Origin: Azolla caroliniana
Taxonomy: Eukaryota > Plantae > Polypodiophyta
Reading direction: 5' to 3'
NCBI GenBank assembly: GCA_043228905.1
Contig: JBHGNT010000005.1
Location: 8,246,001-8,310,000 of the forward strand
Length of the DNA stretch: 64,000 nucleotides
Each line of letters starts with the position of its first letter. The stretch's first letter is position 1. The notes under the pieces are model-generated. The model searched no databases and was not told the DNA's origin. It saw only the letters and a list, made by a program, of their open reading frames with translations. The position numbers were made by a program, and so were the translations under genes. Below are positions 23,967 through 38,605 of this stretch, in pieces.

Positions 23967-26900
23967 AGATTTTTTTCCTACTCTTTTTTAGATTATTTTC
24001 AATATCTTTTCAAAAAATCTATCTAGATATGAAAACACAAGAAGATAACAGATAGAAACACATGTGAAATAGTCACGTCCATGTAGTTGAGGAAAGAAGG
24101 GAGATCGATATTATGGGCACTTCATAATTCATTTGTGAGTATTTCAAGATTGCCAATTCATTATGCAAGTTTCCCATCAAACATGATCAACATGCAACTC
24201 GAATAAGAACCTTCCTAGTACAAAGATCCAAACAATAATAACTCTAAATTGTATGCACCTCATGCTAGGATTATGTGCCATAACATTTTGTAAGCATGAC
24301 TTAGGTAATGAATACATCTCCATTTACGACTATTGCGTTTGATACATTTGTTCTTCATTCTGTGCTTGATCAAATATGGCATATAAGCTTTCTTGCTAGC
24401 TAACAAGAGGTCCCAAACACCAAAATATTTAAAATTGTACTTAACATGTACAGCTCTTAAGTGATGAAATGGTTAGGTAACTTTATAGAAGAAAAGTTTG
24501 AAGCTCTAATATTACTTTCAAAAGCTACAAGCATCATATGGTATACCATATCAAATGGTTCAAAAAGCTAACACAATGTGCATCACCCAAATGAGTACTT
24601 GCCACAAATAAAATAAGATGAGGTCATACAAGTCTTTTGCATTGAAAAAGGAGAAAAAGTGACAACTTCCACATGCAAATGCTAAACATAGATGTTTCTC
24701 ATCTAAAGTGTGTCTTCTAAAATATAGTGGACACTCATAAGACCACAGAAATTGGATAAACGGGTCCACGTGATCTATATGGACTTCCTTTAATATGTAA
24801 GCATCTTGTCCACAAGTTCTCAACTCATTACCCAAATGTGTGCATATGATATCCATATGGTTATCTTTGAGCAACAACTCAACTCAAATATGCGAATGTT
24901 ATCCACACAATTGCCTTAGTCTAAAGAGAAATGATGATGACAGAATATAACATCCCTATCAGATGAAGATGATGTATATAGTATAAATATTTGAATGTGG
25001 ATGTTATCCACACAATCGCTCAATCTGAAGAAAGTTGATTATGATGAGGATTTTATATTAAAGTCCCTATGTGATGAAAACGATATACAAGACAAATATT
25101 TGAGAAGGATGATGATGATATCCACACATCAACTTAGTTTTGAGAAGGATGATGATGATGGTATATTAACATCCTTATGAGATTGACATAAATATTTGCA
25201 TACCATGATGATAAGAATATGTGGATATCTATCTCGACAACACAATGAGAAAGCTTTGCCTTCTCACATTCTTGGAGAATGTCTTCTATGAAGGTCTTTG
25301 ATTGAGTCATATTTTCCTCCTCCATATGCACTTTAGCACATTATCATTGTGAATTACTTGTATTGGGCAATTTAGGTAAAAGGGTTGCTATAATTCTGTC
25401 AAACTTTCACATCATTGATGTAAGCACCACAATTCACACAACTTATGCCTATTATCCATGTAATGGAAGTCAAAAAGTCCAAGCACACACGGGCTATTGA
25501 AGTTATATAATCTTTAGGAATTTGATGCTTAACTCATGGAGAAAGAAGTGACTGAAAATCTACATGGATCAAAATGCCAACTAAGCCAAGGTTCATAAAC
25601 ATGCTTGTGATTATTAAAAGAGAATCATATGGCCTATAAATATACACTTCTACACCATTTCAATTTGAGAGGGGGAGAGAGAGAGAGAGAAGATTATTTG
25701 TTCATCCACTTTATGTGTTACACTATCACTAAATACAGTGCAGCAAAGTATTCCAAAACGTTGATTCCTAACCCAAGCAACCTAAAAGGCAATGCAACAT
25801 TTCCCAAGACATTGGTTCCTACATTGAGCCCAAGGGAACGAAGTCACCAAAAATTCATGATAAAATGTGACCCAAAACCATCATGCTTCCGGTTATTAAA
25901 AGAAAATCATGTGGATTAGTAAATATATGACTCGGACATAACTTTTACTAGAGAGAGAGCAGAGAGATGATGCATCACATCCACAATCCACTATCACATT
26001 GATAACTCTGTTACGAGTATCACTAAAAAGACAGGAAAGTGTTTCAAGTCATTTGTTCACGGCACTAGTATCACAAAAAAAAAAAGAGTTCAAAGGTTTT
26101 TAATATGTTGGATCCTATAATTAAGTTTCCTTAAAACATATTCATGAATCAACACTGATGAATTTATCAAACACTAAGGTGCTATATCATCCCTCTTGAG
26201 CAAAATCCGAATGTACTCATAAAAAGCTTTTGTTAAAAGCTCTTCCCACTTCCATGTGTAGCCCAGAGGTGTGACACTTTCTCGCACATAAAAGTAATGC
26301 CAACTTTCTTGCACATCAAAGTAATGTAAATGTGCGCTCTCATCAAACTATAATTTCCTCAAAATACATACCTTATAACATTATTAAACAAGTTCAAAAT
26401 CCAAATATAATAGTGTTTATCACTGATCAACATCATTATTAGGCCAAACAAAATCCCAGTTGTCTTAACTTTTCTTCATCTCTGGATTTCAGAAAACTAA
26501 ATGGCTTAGATAAAAGGGTGATGTAAAGAGTTTTAAATAAAACGAAGAGTCCATCCATGAGAGCACATAACCTAGAACCTTATAAACGAGGGTGAAATAA
26601 AGAAAGACATAAGTTGCCACCTATATAGCATGGGATACAAGTAGAAAGTGATAATACCAGAAAACATGACTTGAACCTTTAGATACTAGGTGGGGAAAAC
26701 ATCATACACACATGATGCGACTTTCGAGATTGAGAACTTGCAATACCATATAGATAAGGCTTTTCAGTTCATTTGAATAGAACCCGTGATGCAGCGACAC
26801 ATGCATGACTCAAATGATTCACTGCTAGACTATATAAAGCAGCAGCAAACATTCTTAAGACGTGAAGTCTGGAGACAGCCAGACACACACATATTAAGAG

Positions 26901-27443
26901 ACTGGGACATCGTGACCACGAGGACCCTTGCATTTTGACTATGATTAGTAGTCAAGTTTTAACCTTGGTCAGGAGATTTATCCAAACCAATGGTGAGAGA
27001 TTAGAGTATAGAGACTTTATCCAACTCTTTTTGCAACTGACCTGACCAATCGTGCATGAGAACCGACAATGCAGACATACAGACTGCATGCAGTTAAAAC
27101 TGATCAAACCAGTTAAAAATCTGACTCAACTGACCAGAACAGTTAAAACCCGATGCACACCTGACCGAAACAGTCAAACTGATTCCACTGATGAAACAGT
27201 TAGAACAGATTAAACTGAGAGACCAAACCCACCATATGCATGAGACTGACAATGCAGACCACACATCGTTCCAGATGTACGGCTACGGGACTACTGCCCA
27301 AAAAGCAGTGTGCTTATGCGAGAGATCAGCTAAACAGGACATTTAGTTAGCAAATGCAAGACTCCGACACCATAGGATAGAGTTGTTACAGTGTCTTAAG
27401 TCATTTAACCATTGGAATTTTTTGCTTGATTTTCCTCTTCCAG

Positions 27444-30411
27444 TTAAGAGAAATTGAAGCCACCCGTTGGAACTGATTGATTTGCAGCGAAGTTGAATGC
27501 AGATTGTTCTGATATAGTAGTGGCAGTTTGGTCTTCCTCTTCCAACCAATAAGTTTCAAGTAGCTTCACTGCCTTCTCATAGATATCCGAGTTGTCATGG
27601 ACTTGCAGATTTTCTATCTTTTCAAGGCCATCAGCTTCATCTATGTACTGTGCATACAAATTAGTGACACCAGTATTTCCCGCATTCTTTTCAGCTTCGC
27701 CAACTCTTAAAATGTTTTCTAGACCCTCCAAGCAAACTGTTATGATTCGAGGATCAGAGCATGTTAAAAGATCGCATAAAGGTTTGATGCAGCCTTGGCT
27801 CACAAGGTATCTACAAAGCAACAACATAAATTAGTAAATAATCTTATATGACAGCATCATACTAGGTTGGGATTGTAATTGACGGTTGCCTATATAATAG
27901 GAGGAAATGATGGTACTTTATCTGTTCATTTGTTCCACCAGATGTTGCATTTGAAATGGCCCATGCCGATTCTTTTTTAATTTCAAACTCCGCATTGCTC
28001 AGCAATGCTACAAGGGGAGGAATTATGTTTGCATCAATAACAGCCTGCATCATGTTACATGAAGGTAATGAGAGTTTAGAAAAGTCTTTTAAGAGATACT
28101 CCCAAAACAAAAACTACATCAGATAAATCCTCGCCTGAATTTGTTCCTTATTTCCTGCAGTTATGTTTGATATGGTCCAGCAAGCTTCCTTCTTGATGCT
28201 TTTTTTGTATGGGCGTGTAAGAAGATTCAGAAGGCATGGTAGAACATTGTGGTTGATGATATACTGTACATGAGTTTTTAAATCCACTTGATAAGCATGT
28301 TCAAAAAATATCAATTGCATGAACAATGACAAAATGATGATACCTGTGTTTGAACATCGTCTCCTGTGACTATATTACCCACAGTACGTAGAGCAGGAAT
28401 AAGAACAGATGGAGAAGGGTGTCTAAAACAGCACACAAACATTGTATTAGTCAAAAATTCTAACAACAATTATGGTTAGTAGATAATAAAGGTTTGACAC
28501 TGATATTTACAGTAGAAGCTCAACAAGCCTTGGACAGACTCCCGCTTCAATAACAGATTGTATTTTGTCATTCGTGCCATCAGAAAGATATGATAGTGCC
28601 CAGCACGCATCAATCAAAACATCTTCATCAGAAGAATGAATAAGACGTTCGAGTGCAGGAAGTGCAGCTCTGGTCTGCATAAATACATGAAAAATAGAAG
28701 GATCATTCACACGATAACAGTTTTTCACATCCTTTTCAGATGAAGTACGTTTTAAATTTTAAAAAGAGCACTTCAAAAATATACCTGTTCAAATGCTGGA
28801 GGAGGCTTTCCTCTACAGAAGTTGGAAAGTGTCCAAGTCGCATTTCTAAGCATCGAAAGCTTCGCATTTTCATTAAGCTGGGCCAGTAGAGGCATCATAG
28901 CACCATGGCTAAGCACCAGATCTCGGCACTTTGGTGAATCCCCAGCAACATTTCCAAGTGCCCAAACAGCCTATAAAAACAGGAGGCAGTTCATATAAAT
29001 CAATATAAGTCAGATTGCATCCAAAATGACTAATATAAGATTACCACAAATTGTATCCAGATAAACTCTGTCCATATACAAAGTAGCTACATGCTTAAAA
29101 TTAATCTGCAAAGTTATCCAAGAGATTACCTGTTCCCTAACATCATCTCCAGGAGAACTCAAAAGCTGCACAAAAATGGGAACAGCGCCATGATCAATCA
29201 CCACGCGAGTGTGATCCGAAGTGCCTGATGCAATGTTTGTCAATGCCCAGGCTGCCTCAAACTGGATTCATTTTCACCATCATTCACAATTAGACCTTGG
29301 AAAACAATTGATTTCACTATTATTCAAGGGTAGAAAAATATTTCATTTACCGTTATTCGTATTTCATATCATTACAAGCATCCCCAACTACTCAATATTA
29401 ATGAATACCTGAAGCTGAGGGAAATCATTCCGCAATAGGAACTCGACAAAACGAGGAACAACACCAGTATTGATCACTTCTTGAATTGGAGGATTGCGTT
29501 CTGAATTTGGTGAGCAGGAAAGTGAGATCTACGCTAAACAATAACAAGACCAATGGGGAAAATATAGGATTCACAAAGCTATGAGATTTTTTTCCTACCA
29601 ATGGATAAGAGTTTCCGAAACTGATGAGTTGCCTCGAGCTGTGTATTTGGATCTTCAGACCATACACCAGTTATCATTGCAGGTAAGCTTTCCAGCTGCT
29701 CAAATAAAATCAATTTGTGCATATAAATCATAGAAACAAAAGAGAAAACAAGAAAAGCACATGCAAAATCCATTATTTAAAGCAACCTGCACTTACATGC
29801 CAAATCAATGATTTCAGCAAAAATCCATGTTTAAAATCCATGATTGAAAAAAAATATAGCAAATTAAGGGCAGAATACATGACATGGAATCAAAATAATA
29901 TCAGATCCAAATGCAGAAACCAAGGTACACCATAAACCAATAGATCCAATGAGAAATACTAAATCAATCTAAAGTTTTTACGATTTTCAGACCAGATTTC
30001 ACATCAGATAGATCTGTCACGCACGCTTAATTAATCCATGTCCATGGTTCTTTCAAACACACGGAAGAAGAAGGATACACACATATCCTAAAAGAGAAAA
30101 AAGAAGACAATAGAACCAAAACAAGAATTACGCGAAAAAAATCCGAAAGGAAAAGCAGAGAGTTTGTATCTACATGTGTATAGATTCTCACATACCTTCT
30201 TCTCCACGGAATTGGACTGAACAGAAGTGATGCTAGCCATCTGTTGAGCAGTCATGCCTTCTTTGCGCTTCTTCAACAGATTCTCTTCGCGCTTGCTCTT
30301 TCGGATCTCGACCAAGTTATCCTCACGTTTGCGACGAGCTTCATCAGCATCAACAGAGACCTTGTACGCCTTCTTACGGACCTCAGTGCGGGCACTAGGG
30401 CGCAGAGACAT
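27444..30411 (-). CDS. IMPA: Importin subunit alpha (~10 exons)
   Basis: IBB domain [46 protein letters not shown] repeats [40 protein letters not shown]-terminus [15 protein letters not shown]. Confidence 0.96.
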
Positions 30412-30470
30412 GGCTGCAGACACAGGCGGAGACGCGCAGAGGAGGAGAGAAAACACAGAGACAGACACGC

Positions 30471-30501
<31 letters not shown>

Positions 30502-30975
30502 CTTTATTTAGCCTTGCACAGCCTGGCCACTATTTTCTATTTATTTATCTATTTGTTTATTTATCTATCTAAAATTAAATTTTGCTTATCTGCTTATTTA
30601 ATTTCCATGAAGAGGCTCTTTGGGCACCATGGCTCTGTTCCTTCTATGGCCACTCTTTTGTGTTTGGGGGGGGGGGGACACACACACACATAGAGAGAGA
30701 GAGAGAGAGAGAGGGTACGAAGAACCGAGTGTGCCCGCCCATGAGTCGCTCATTTCACATGCAAATGATCGAGAATGCGCCTATTCCTCTTGAGGATCAC
30801 CACATCCTTAAGCTTTCCGATGCAAATGCTTGACCCCTTATTCGAGACATTGCTATCTGAGCCCCCCCCGCCCACCCCCTCTAGTTTTATCATCGAAGGT
30901 TATGGATACACCTAAAGGCAAGAAATTTCTCTCAACACTCTTGTTCGGGACATTGAATAAGCACTTAGGAATGTG

Positions 30976-31006
<31 letters not shown>

Positions 31007-34000
31007 CGCGTGCACATACACATAAATATCTCTTTTATCGCCAGCATACATGGTCTTCCGCACATCCTGAGGCATGTGTTATCATTGCCTCTCGGCATGC
31101 ATTCGGTGGGAGAGTCATTACAAAAAAATGTATTCTTCTCTATTGTCGAACGTGAGCATGCCCATTTCTCTAGCATCCAAGAATCGATAAACTGACGTTC
31201 CGAGTTTCACATTGGAGATGTTTGAATACATAAACATGTTGTTGTGAGAAAATACATCAATCATAGCTTTTTCAATTGGAGAATAAATTATCTAACAAAC
31301 CAAGATCTTGAACAAATATGTAGACCATTCTCACCAATTTGATATAATTCGTGGTATTTTCGTGTATTATTTTATTTGTTCTGTGCATGTGAAGGAACCC
31401 AAGTTACTAACAAAGCAAACAAAGTCTTCCCATAACATTGTGAAGCAATTCATCCTGCTGGTATTGTAACATGTGGGCTCACATTTACCAAGTTATTTAA
31501 AGCAAAAAATGTCCAACATGTGTCCTTCCCTTGAGCATCAAACGTTTACTCACAAACTTATAGGTCACCTAATCAACATTGAACCACCAAGACATACCAC
31601 CAATTGCATTCTCATGACTTTAGAAAAATGTTATAAATGGCAACTGATAACGCGTGTAATCTCTAGATGCTCCTAATGTGTTTCAGAATAAATGTGCATT
31701 AGATGTATTTGACCCTTTGTAATCCCAAGTGCATGTTAATCCATTAAGTTGTTCTCGAAGCATACAAAAGGTACCTCAAGTAATCATGACCCACTCAAAA
31801 CATTTGACCTAAACATCATTATATTCAAAAATGAAGAGTGCTATCATAAAGATCATGACAAGGGAGGTATTTTTCAAAATGAAAGGACATTGGAAGAAGA
31901 GGATGAACAAGACATAACTCGTAGAAACATAACGTTAAAGCATTCCCTTTACAAATCATATATAGATGCTTCATGTGTCCCTACAAATTATTGATTTTAG
32001 ATTCACGTAACTACACTGTTGAATTCTACATTTCCACTATTTGTATATCATTGCAATGGCAAATGCTACAATTTGTGTGTTTATGACATTGGACTTGGTA
32101 TGTTTTCAATTCATGGAAATGCATCATAATGGCATTATTTATCCTCATGTTTGTGAGAATGTTGCATATTTTTTATATTTTGCCAACATATCCCCTCTTT
32201 TGTGCGACATACAAAAATGTCGAAGGATTAGTCTAGCCATGTCTAATTAATCCATGTCAAAGCAATATGACATTAACGAATCAACCAATGGGGTGAGTAA
32301 AATTTATACTTTAATTATGTAGTAATCAAGATATGTGTGTCTTTGGTTGAGCAATATGCCACTAACCATTAGCAAAGCACTATCAATAATCTAGCATCAA
32401 TTAAGTAACACATAAACAATGAGTTGTTCTTTTAAGGACCATGCCATGAATAATTTTATCATGGGACCAAATTTGAATTATTGTGTTGCATTATTTATTT
32501 ATTTTGCTCCTAGTTAGTCAAGGGCCGAGCATTTGATGCCAATGTTTTCGTATGTCATACGGAAAGAGCAATGTTTGGCAAACAAAAAAGAATTTGTGGC
32601 ATTCTTGCCAATATGAATATTTTCACTTCATTGTACATTCAACTATTCCAAAATATCATTGGCTTAAATGTAGTAGTTTCAATTATTGAAAAGGATTTGT
32701 ACTTAAATATGTGAAAATTTAATATGACCATGTATTCTTTTCGAACTTGGATGGAATTTTCTAGACAACTTAGTGGTGTACTTATTATGAAGTAAAATAA
32801 TGAATGTTTCTTTTCAACTATGAACATAACATATATAATGCTAATAGGTTCTGCCTATAGATAAAATTGTGGATGTAATGACACCATTCACATCGTGTAT
32901 TAGTCCACCCAATGTATTGTTTATTTACTATTATACCGCTTAGATTATTTGGAAATCTCTCTCGATCAATCTCCATTTCATCGCCTCCTTCTCACATGCT
33001 CCATATGTTTTGTGGTTTGTACTTCAACTCACTTACATGTTATTTCCATGCCTAATGTACGCTACAACATGCTTTCAGCAATGTGTAAATACACTATCAT
33101 TAGGCAGAAATTGTAATTTTAATCCTCTCTATGGATCCTCATAATATTTAATCATGTACCAATTACATGTTTTCAATATAATCCATTGGTAGCAGGGCAT
33201 TGAATACCTCGTTCAATTGCATTGTATTCCATTTTATAAATATGTTAGTGAATCAAAATAGATCATGTCAAGACGTTTTGTTAAAACATGTTATTGAAAT
33301 TGTAAGCTCTCTCGTGTTGAAACATGGCATTTATGAGTTAGATTTGTCCATTTGAAGGTATAAATTTTAAATTGTCTTGTAAGAAACATTTATATTTGCA
33401 TTGATTAACTACGTATAAGCCAAGGATATGATAGAGATCAATGTGGTTGTAATCGAACATCATTCAAATAGTAGTTATCAAACATGTGTCATTCATGAAA
33501 AAAGAAGTGGTCATTATGCATCATGTAATAAAAACTATCCACGGGCAACATGTTGACCGGATTTTTAATCATGAATTAATGGAATGTCAATATATGTATA
33601 ATCCTTTGGTTGGCGTAAAATTCCTCTCAAAGTTATGTTCAAATGGCAATGATCAACTATATCATGTCACCAAAAGATATGAAGTTGACACTCACTTCAT
33701 TTCTTGTATTGCAATGTAGACAAATATCACAAATAAGAAAGAGCATCATTCCATCAGGATGTATGATTATTTTCTTAGGGAGTGTTATGGGCACAACCAT
33801 AACTTATCTCGTGGTAAGTTGTATCATAGTATTCTACACATGAGCATAAAGTGTGAGGGTTAATTGAGAGTGTAAAGGAGGGGGGGTAACTTTTAATCCT
33901 AGGAATTGAGACAACCATATGGGACAAGTGTGAACTTACTTGGGGGCCTTAGGTCTGACTATAAATATGATACCTAGCTACCCTAATTATACACATTATT

Positions 34001-34630
34001 CGACTACATTGAGAGTATGATCTTGTGGTAAACAGACTCTTGTGGCAAGCGCGCACCAATACCAAGTACCATTTGCTGCCATGGCGGTGGTATGGGACAC
34101 CGATCAAGGCTCTAGTTTGTCTTGAGCCTTTCACTCGAGGGTGGTTGGGTGGATCGACGCCCTTCTTTCTCTCTTTTTTTCTTATCTGTCTATCTATCTT
34201 ATAAATCCTTGTATGCTTACGTTAAGAATAGTCTCTAATGGGGAGAATATTAGTTGCAAACTTGCTCAATTGCACATCTAATTAGCAATGACATGCTTTG
34301 TATGTAAACATGATATGGGGTTTTATAAAGTCTTATGGTAAGGAAACTATTGGTTGGATGTGGCTATAAAGTTGGGACTTAGTGTGCATTGTCAAACATG
34401 GTTCGTGAATACCAAATATAATGCTATAAAAATATATGGGAGATAGAAAGATGAAGGTAGATTGATGCAAATAATATATTTGCCAATGATGCAAACTAGA
34501 CCATGATGAAAAAAAATCTCATTTAAAGTAGATTTAATCACAACTTTACTTTTTTCCGAATGAACAAATCAAGTATTTATCAAATTAATGTTGAGTAGAA
34601 GATTAATATTTAGTTGAGCTATTTACATGT

Positions 34631-35096
34631 TGTCATAAACAAGGTGCCACACGAAGTGTAGGGGGGTTGAACCCATGACCTCCTGGTGAGCAACCTTATC
34701 AGTTAAGCTACATCCATCTATATATTATTGTATTGTATAAGATTCAAGTTATTACATTGTAGGTTAATCGCTAGAACTTTCAAGAAACTCCTAAAGAATG
34801 CATCTTCATGCACTCTCTAAAAGTTTCCTAGCTTACATGCATACCCTCCACATTCTTGTATAAATACTTGAGTGCACCCTGGTGTTGTTCACCTTGATTG
34901 TAACCAAGGTGCGCCCGAGTATTTATACAAGAATGTGGAGGTATGCATGTAAGCTAGGAAACTTCTAGAGAGTGCATGAAGATGCATTCTTTAGGAGTTT
35001 CTTGAAAGTTCTAGTGATTAACCTACAATCATCGATGTAATAACTTGAATCTTATACAATACAATAATATATAGATGGTTGTAGCTCAATTGGTAA
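34631..35096. repeat. Foldback (long inverted repeat) built from the U3 part of an LTR
   Basis: Arms ~34697-34884 and ~34903-35096 are near-exact reverse complements around a ~19-nt loop. The left side starts TGTCATA like the LTR at 62696 and shares TATAAATACTTG with it. Confidence 0.9.
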
Positions 35097-36680
35097 CCAT
35101 TAGTTAAAATATACAAAAACTCGATCCCTTTCACGGGTAGGCCTTGACTAGACTATCCTATCCTACATAAGAGATCTCACTTATTTATCTTACATTTTCA
35201 CATATGTCTTTAGCCATCCTTTCATACACATCACCTACATTCACTATCCCACATGTAATCTCTTTCACGCTCCTCATTCAACTAATGGGAGGGGGGAACA
35301 ACCATCTGGGTACTTCTACTTCCATTGTATATCTATTCCATTCGTTGTGCCCATCGATGTAGTACACCACCACTTTTGAAAATTCAGTCTCATTAATTTT
35401 GCAGCATCATCAGTACCAACAATCCACTCGTATTGAGCTCTTATTGTAGTTATTAATGTGTGCAAGATTAGCTTAATCGATTCAGCTAGAGGGCATTTGT
35501 GTGTTGAAAATACCCTAGTACACCTTGCTGTCCATATACACCATATGGTAATGGGGGCAAGCAACATCCAAAGATCTCCAAGTTTTTGATTCTGTGCATA
35601 AGCTGTAGGTACCCTGTTGTCAGTGATCAGCCGAACCGTGCCATTCTCCCCTCTATATTTAGCATTGCATGTGCTATCGTATTTTGCCACATCATTCTCA
35701 AGACAGTTCCAGCAAGCATGTCCCCAGTTGAGGATGAAAGAACTAGAGGCATGGCAAAGCAAACGTAGTGCCCTTCCCCATACAACCACTACCTCGTGAC
35801 ATTCCCATAGACAATGGGAAATGTTTTCTATCTATCCACATGCAATACATCTAAGGTCTACATTGGGGCTGTTGTACGTTTTAGGGTTAGGGTTAAGGAC
35901 GACGATGATGATGAATGATAACTATGATGATAGGTAATGAAGATAGACATGGTGATGGAGAGTATGATGGTGAGAGAGATCATATAGAGAAGCATTGCGG
36001 GGTGGGGGGTGGTGCCTAGAATGGCTCCACCCCCCTCCCAAGGGGGTTCAACGTGAGAGAGGGAGAGAGAAGAGAAAAGGTGTCAAAGAGAGAGAGATTA
36101 GAGAGAAATGTTCATTCATCTTTCATTCATTCCCCATAAGGGGTTAAATAGTACAAGAGGGGGTAGATACATAGGGGTGTAAGCCCCATTGAGCATTCAT
36201 ACTGGACACTCACTCACACCTCCTCGTATCCATCCACATGCACACACGTGTGCATGTGTTCACATACGTATAGACTCACAATTACATTTATGCCTCCTAC
36301 ACATACACAACAACATCATGATAACATTCGACCCTCGATCATCACACTTGACTCTCCGTACATCTCGTACGGGGTAACAGGGGCCTTTACCCCACGTCTC
36401 TACCGGCAAGGCTCTATGTGCAATAAGCCATAAACACATCATTATCTTGCGGTCATATTTGTCATGCCATATCATTTTCCAAAATTTATCTAGTCTCATT
36501 TCACTAATGCCCTCCTGTATCCAAAATTTCTTTGCTGCAATCTTGTCGTGTTCTTGTTCTATAATAATTTGCCTCCCAATCTTTGTGTTGTACCTGAAAA
36601 ATTGAACCAACTTTGTCCCATCAGTTCGTCCTTTAGTTCTCCAAAAATACTCATCTTCCACAACCCAAGGGTTCTAAAGG
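35097..36680 (-). mobile_element. Truncated LINE 3' fragment interrupted by a solo LTR
   Basis: ORF pieces 36260-36661 (FFRYNTKIGRQ..WLIAHRALPV) and 35316-35789 (WCIWTARC) resemble the other LINE C-termini. The 3' UTR matches 41215-41400. Confidence 0.8.
35870..36379 (-). mobile_element. Solo LTR with 5-bp TSD
   Basis: TGTT...AACA termini flanked by GGGGC at 35865-35869 and 36380-36384; splits LINE coding sequence. Strand inferred from the GA-rich tract. Confidence 0.85.
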
Positions 36681-38555
36681 TTAATATTACCTTTAAAAGA
36701 ATGCTAACAAAAACCTCCATTAGGTAATATTATTACGACAAAAATGATTGGCAAATGGAAAATAAAGGTTGATACTTAAATGTATTTGGATGAACATGCC
36801 ATACTTGCATACCTTCGGATGATTTTATGCCATGTGATTTTAAGCGAGTATGTTCCTTGTTGGCAATGAAGTAGGATACTATTATCGTCCACATGTTGGA
36901 GAAAACAAGATTTTCCGAAAGCAGAGTACACATTGCTAAACGTTCGCGTGTGTTTCTAATGTAAGCTCCCTCTTCCTTGCTAGAACATCCAGTTCGTAAT
37001 TTTAATAGAATAAATGCATTTCTTGAGTGAATTGTTAAAGAGTGAAGGTAAGAAATTGACATAAGGTACAATTGATGACTCAACATAAATGATACATCTA
37101 TTACCTATAAAGTGGTAATAAAATGTCAATCTCGTGCTTCAAAAGGAAATCAAAGGTACACGATTAAAAGTTTTTGGGATGAACATGATGTACTTGTATG
37201 GCCATAGACGATGAAGGAGGACGACACCAAGTGAAGCTTGTTCCTACACAACTTCCTTCGTTATGCCAATCTAAGAAAAATATATGTTCTTCAATACTTT
37301 ATAATATTCACTTTTCATTGGATGCGTTCAATGTAATAAATGACAACACAATCCTACAAATTAGGTTAATTGGAGATGTATATTTATATGTATTTGTTGT
37401 CTAAATAAGAGTTTTCAAACAAGACAGAAATTCTATAAAGAAACACTTATAACAAAATGTTAACATACCCACGAACATGACTAAGAAATATAACAATGTC
37501 ATGATGGTATCTACTTGATTGTAGAGCATAGTTCGTCCCTCTTATATGTGGATGATGAAAGTGACAAGAGAATCAAACATGTATTCACATGGTGCAAAGA
37601 ATCACAAACTCAACACAATAATGTAAAAAATATTTCAAGTTATGAAGACCAACAATTTTTCAAATTAACAAAATGTATCAAGATTATGAAACGAAAATAC
37701 AAAGATGTAGCCTCTAATCGAACTCACATACATGCATACATGATTTGAATCCCCGAGTAATGAGATCGACTCCAAAATACTCAAACCAATTTTGGTAACA
37801 AAAGCGTATTTTCTTTTGTGAGATCTACTCAAGGCCACATCGTAGGCTTGTTCAAATGTGTTTGCATGAGACATTTTGTAACAGAATTTGGTGCCCCAAT
37901 CCCATTCTTCCTAGCGGCATGAATGCCAAATGCTTGAAATGCCAAGTTTCCATGTTTCTTATCTACATCACAAATCCTGTTTCCATGAGCTCAACATGAT
38001 CATGTACAAAAAAGAGAAAGTATCGATCATGTAAAAAGCATTTACTACTAATTAAATACCAATCAACAAGTAATCTGTAAACTTATTTCTTGGAACTAAA
38101 TTCAAAAAAGTTTTTAACGTCATCACTCGATCATGAATTAAGCTGAGAAGATGAACAAGACGAAGAAGAAGAAGAAGAAGAAGGAAAGGAGACTTTCACA
38201 AGGGGCACATATTGATATTACTAAAAACCAAGAAGGATAGATTCAGATTTACCCTTTACGGCGGACGACACTTATGATGCTTTCCCAATCAGAAAAGGCA
38301 AAAAGGCAAGGATATAAAGGGAAATACCACGGTAGCCTCCACAACTGCACTTTTCTTGACATTCTCTCTCCAAATGCCCGCGCGTTTTCACTACGTGCCC
38401 CAAATGAGCATCGGTCGACCGTGTGTGTGAAACGAAGCGAGAGTTAGTTTGGAGTGGAAGTCAAAGTTGCAGCCCAAAATGTTAGTTACAAAATCCCCTC
38501 TTGTTGAAAGAAACTAAAATTTGTCTCTATTTCAATGGGGAAGCTTAACATTCAT

Positions 38556-38605
<50 letters not shown>

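Noticed and set aside
31000-33850. Decayed coding-like sequence on the minus strand
   Set aside because: Too many stops in the frames I examined and no recognisable motif; BLASTx would be needed.
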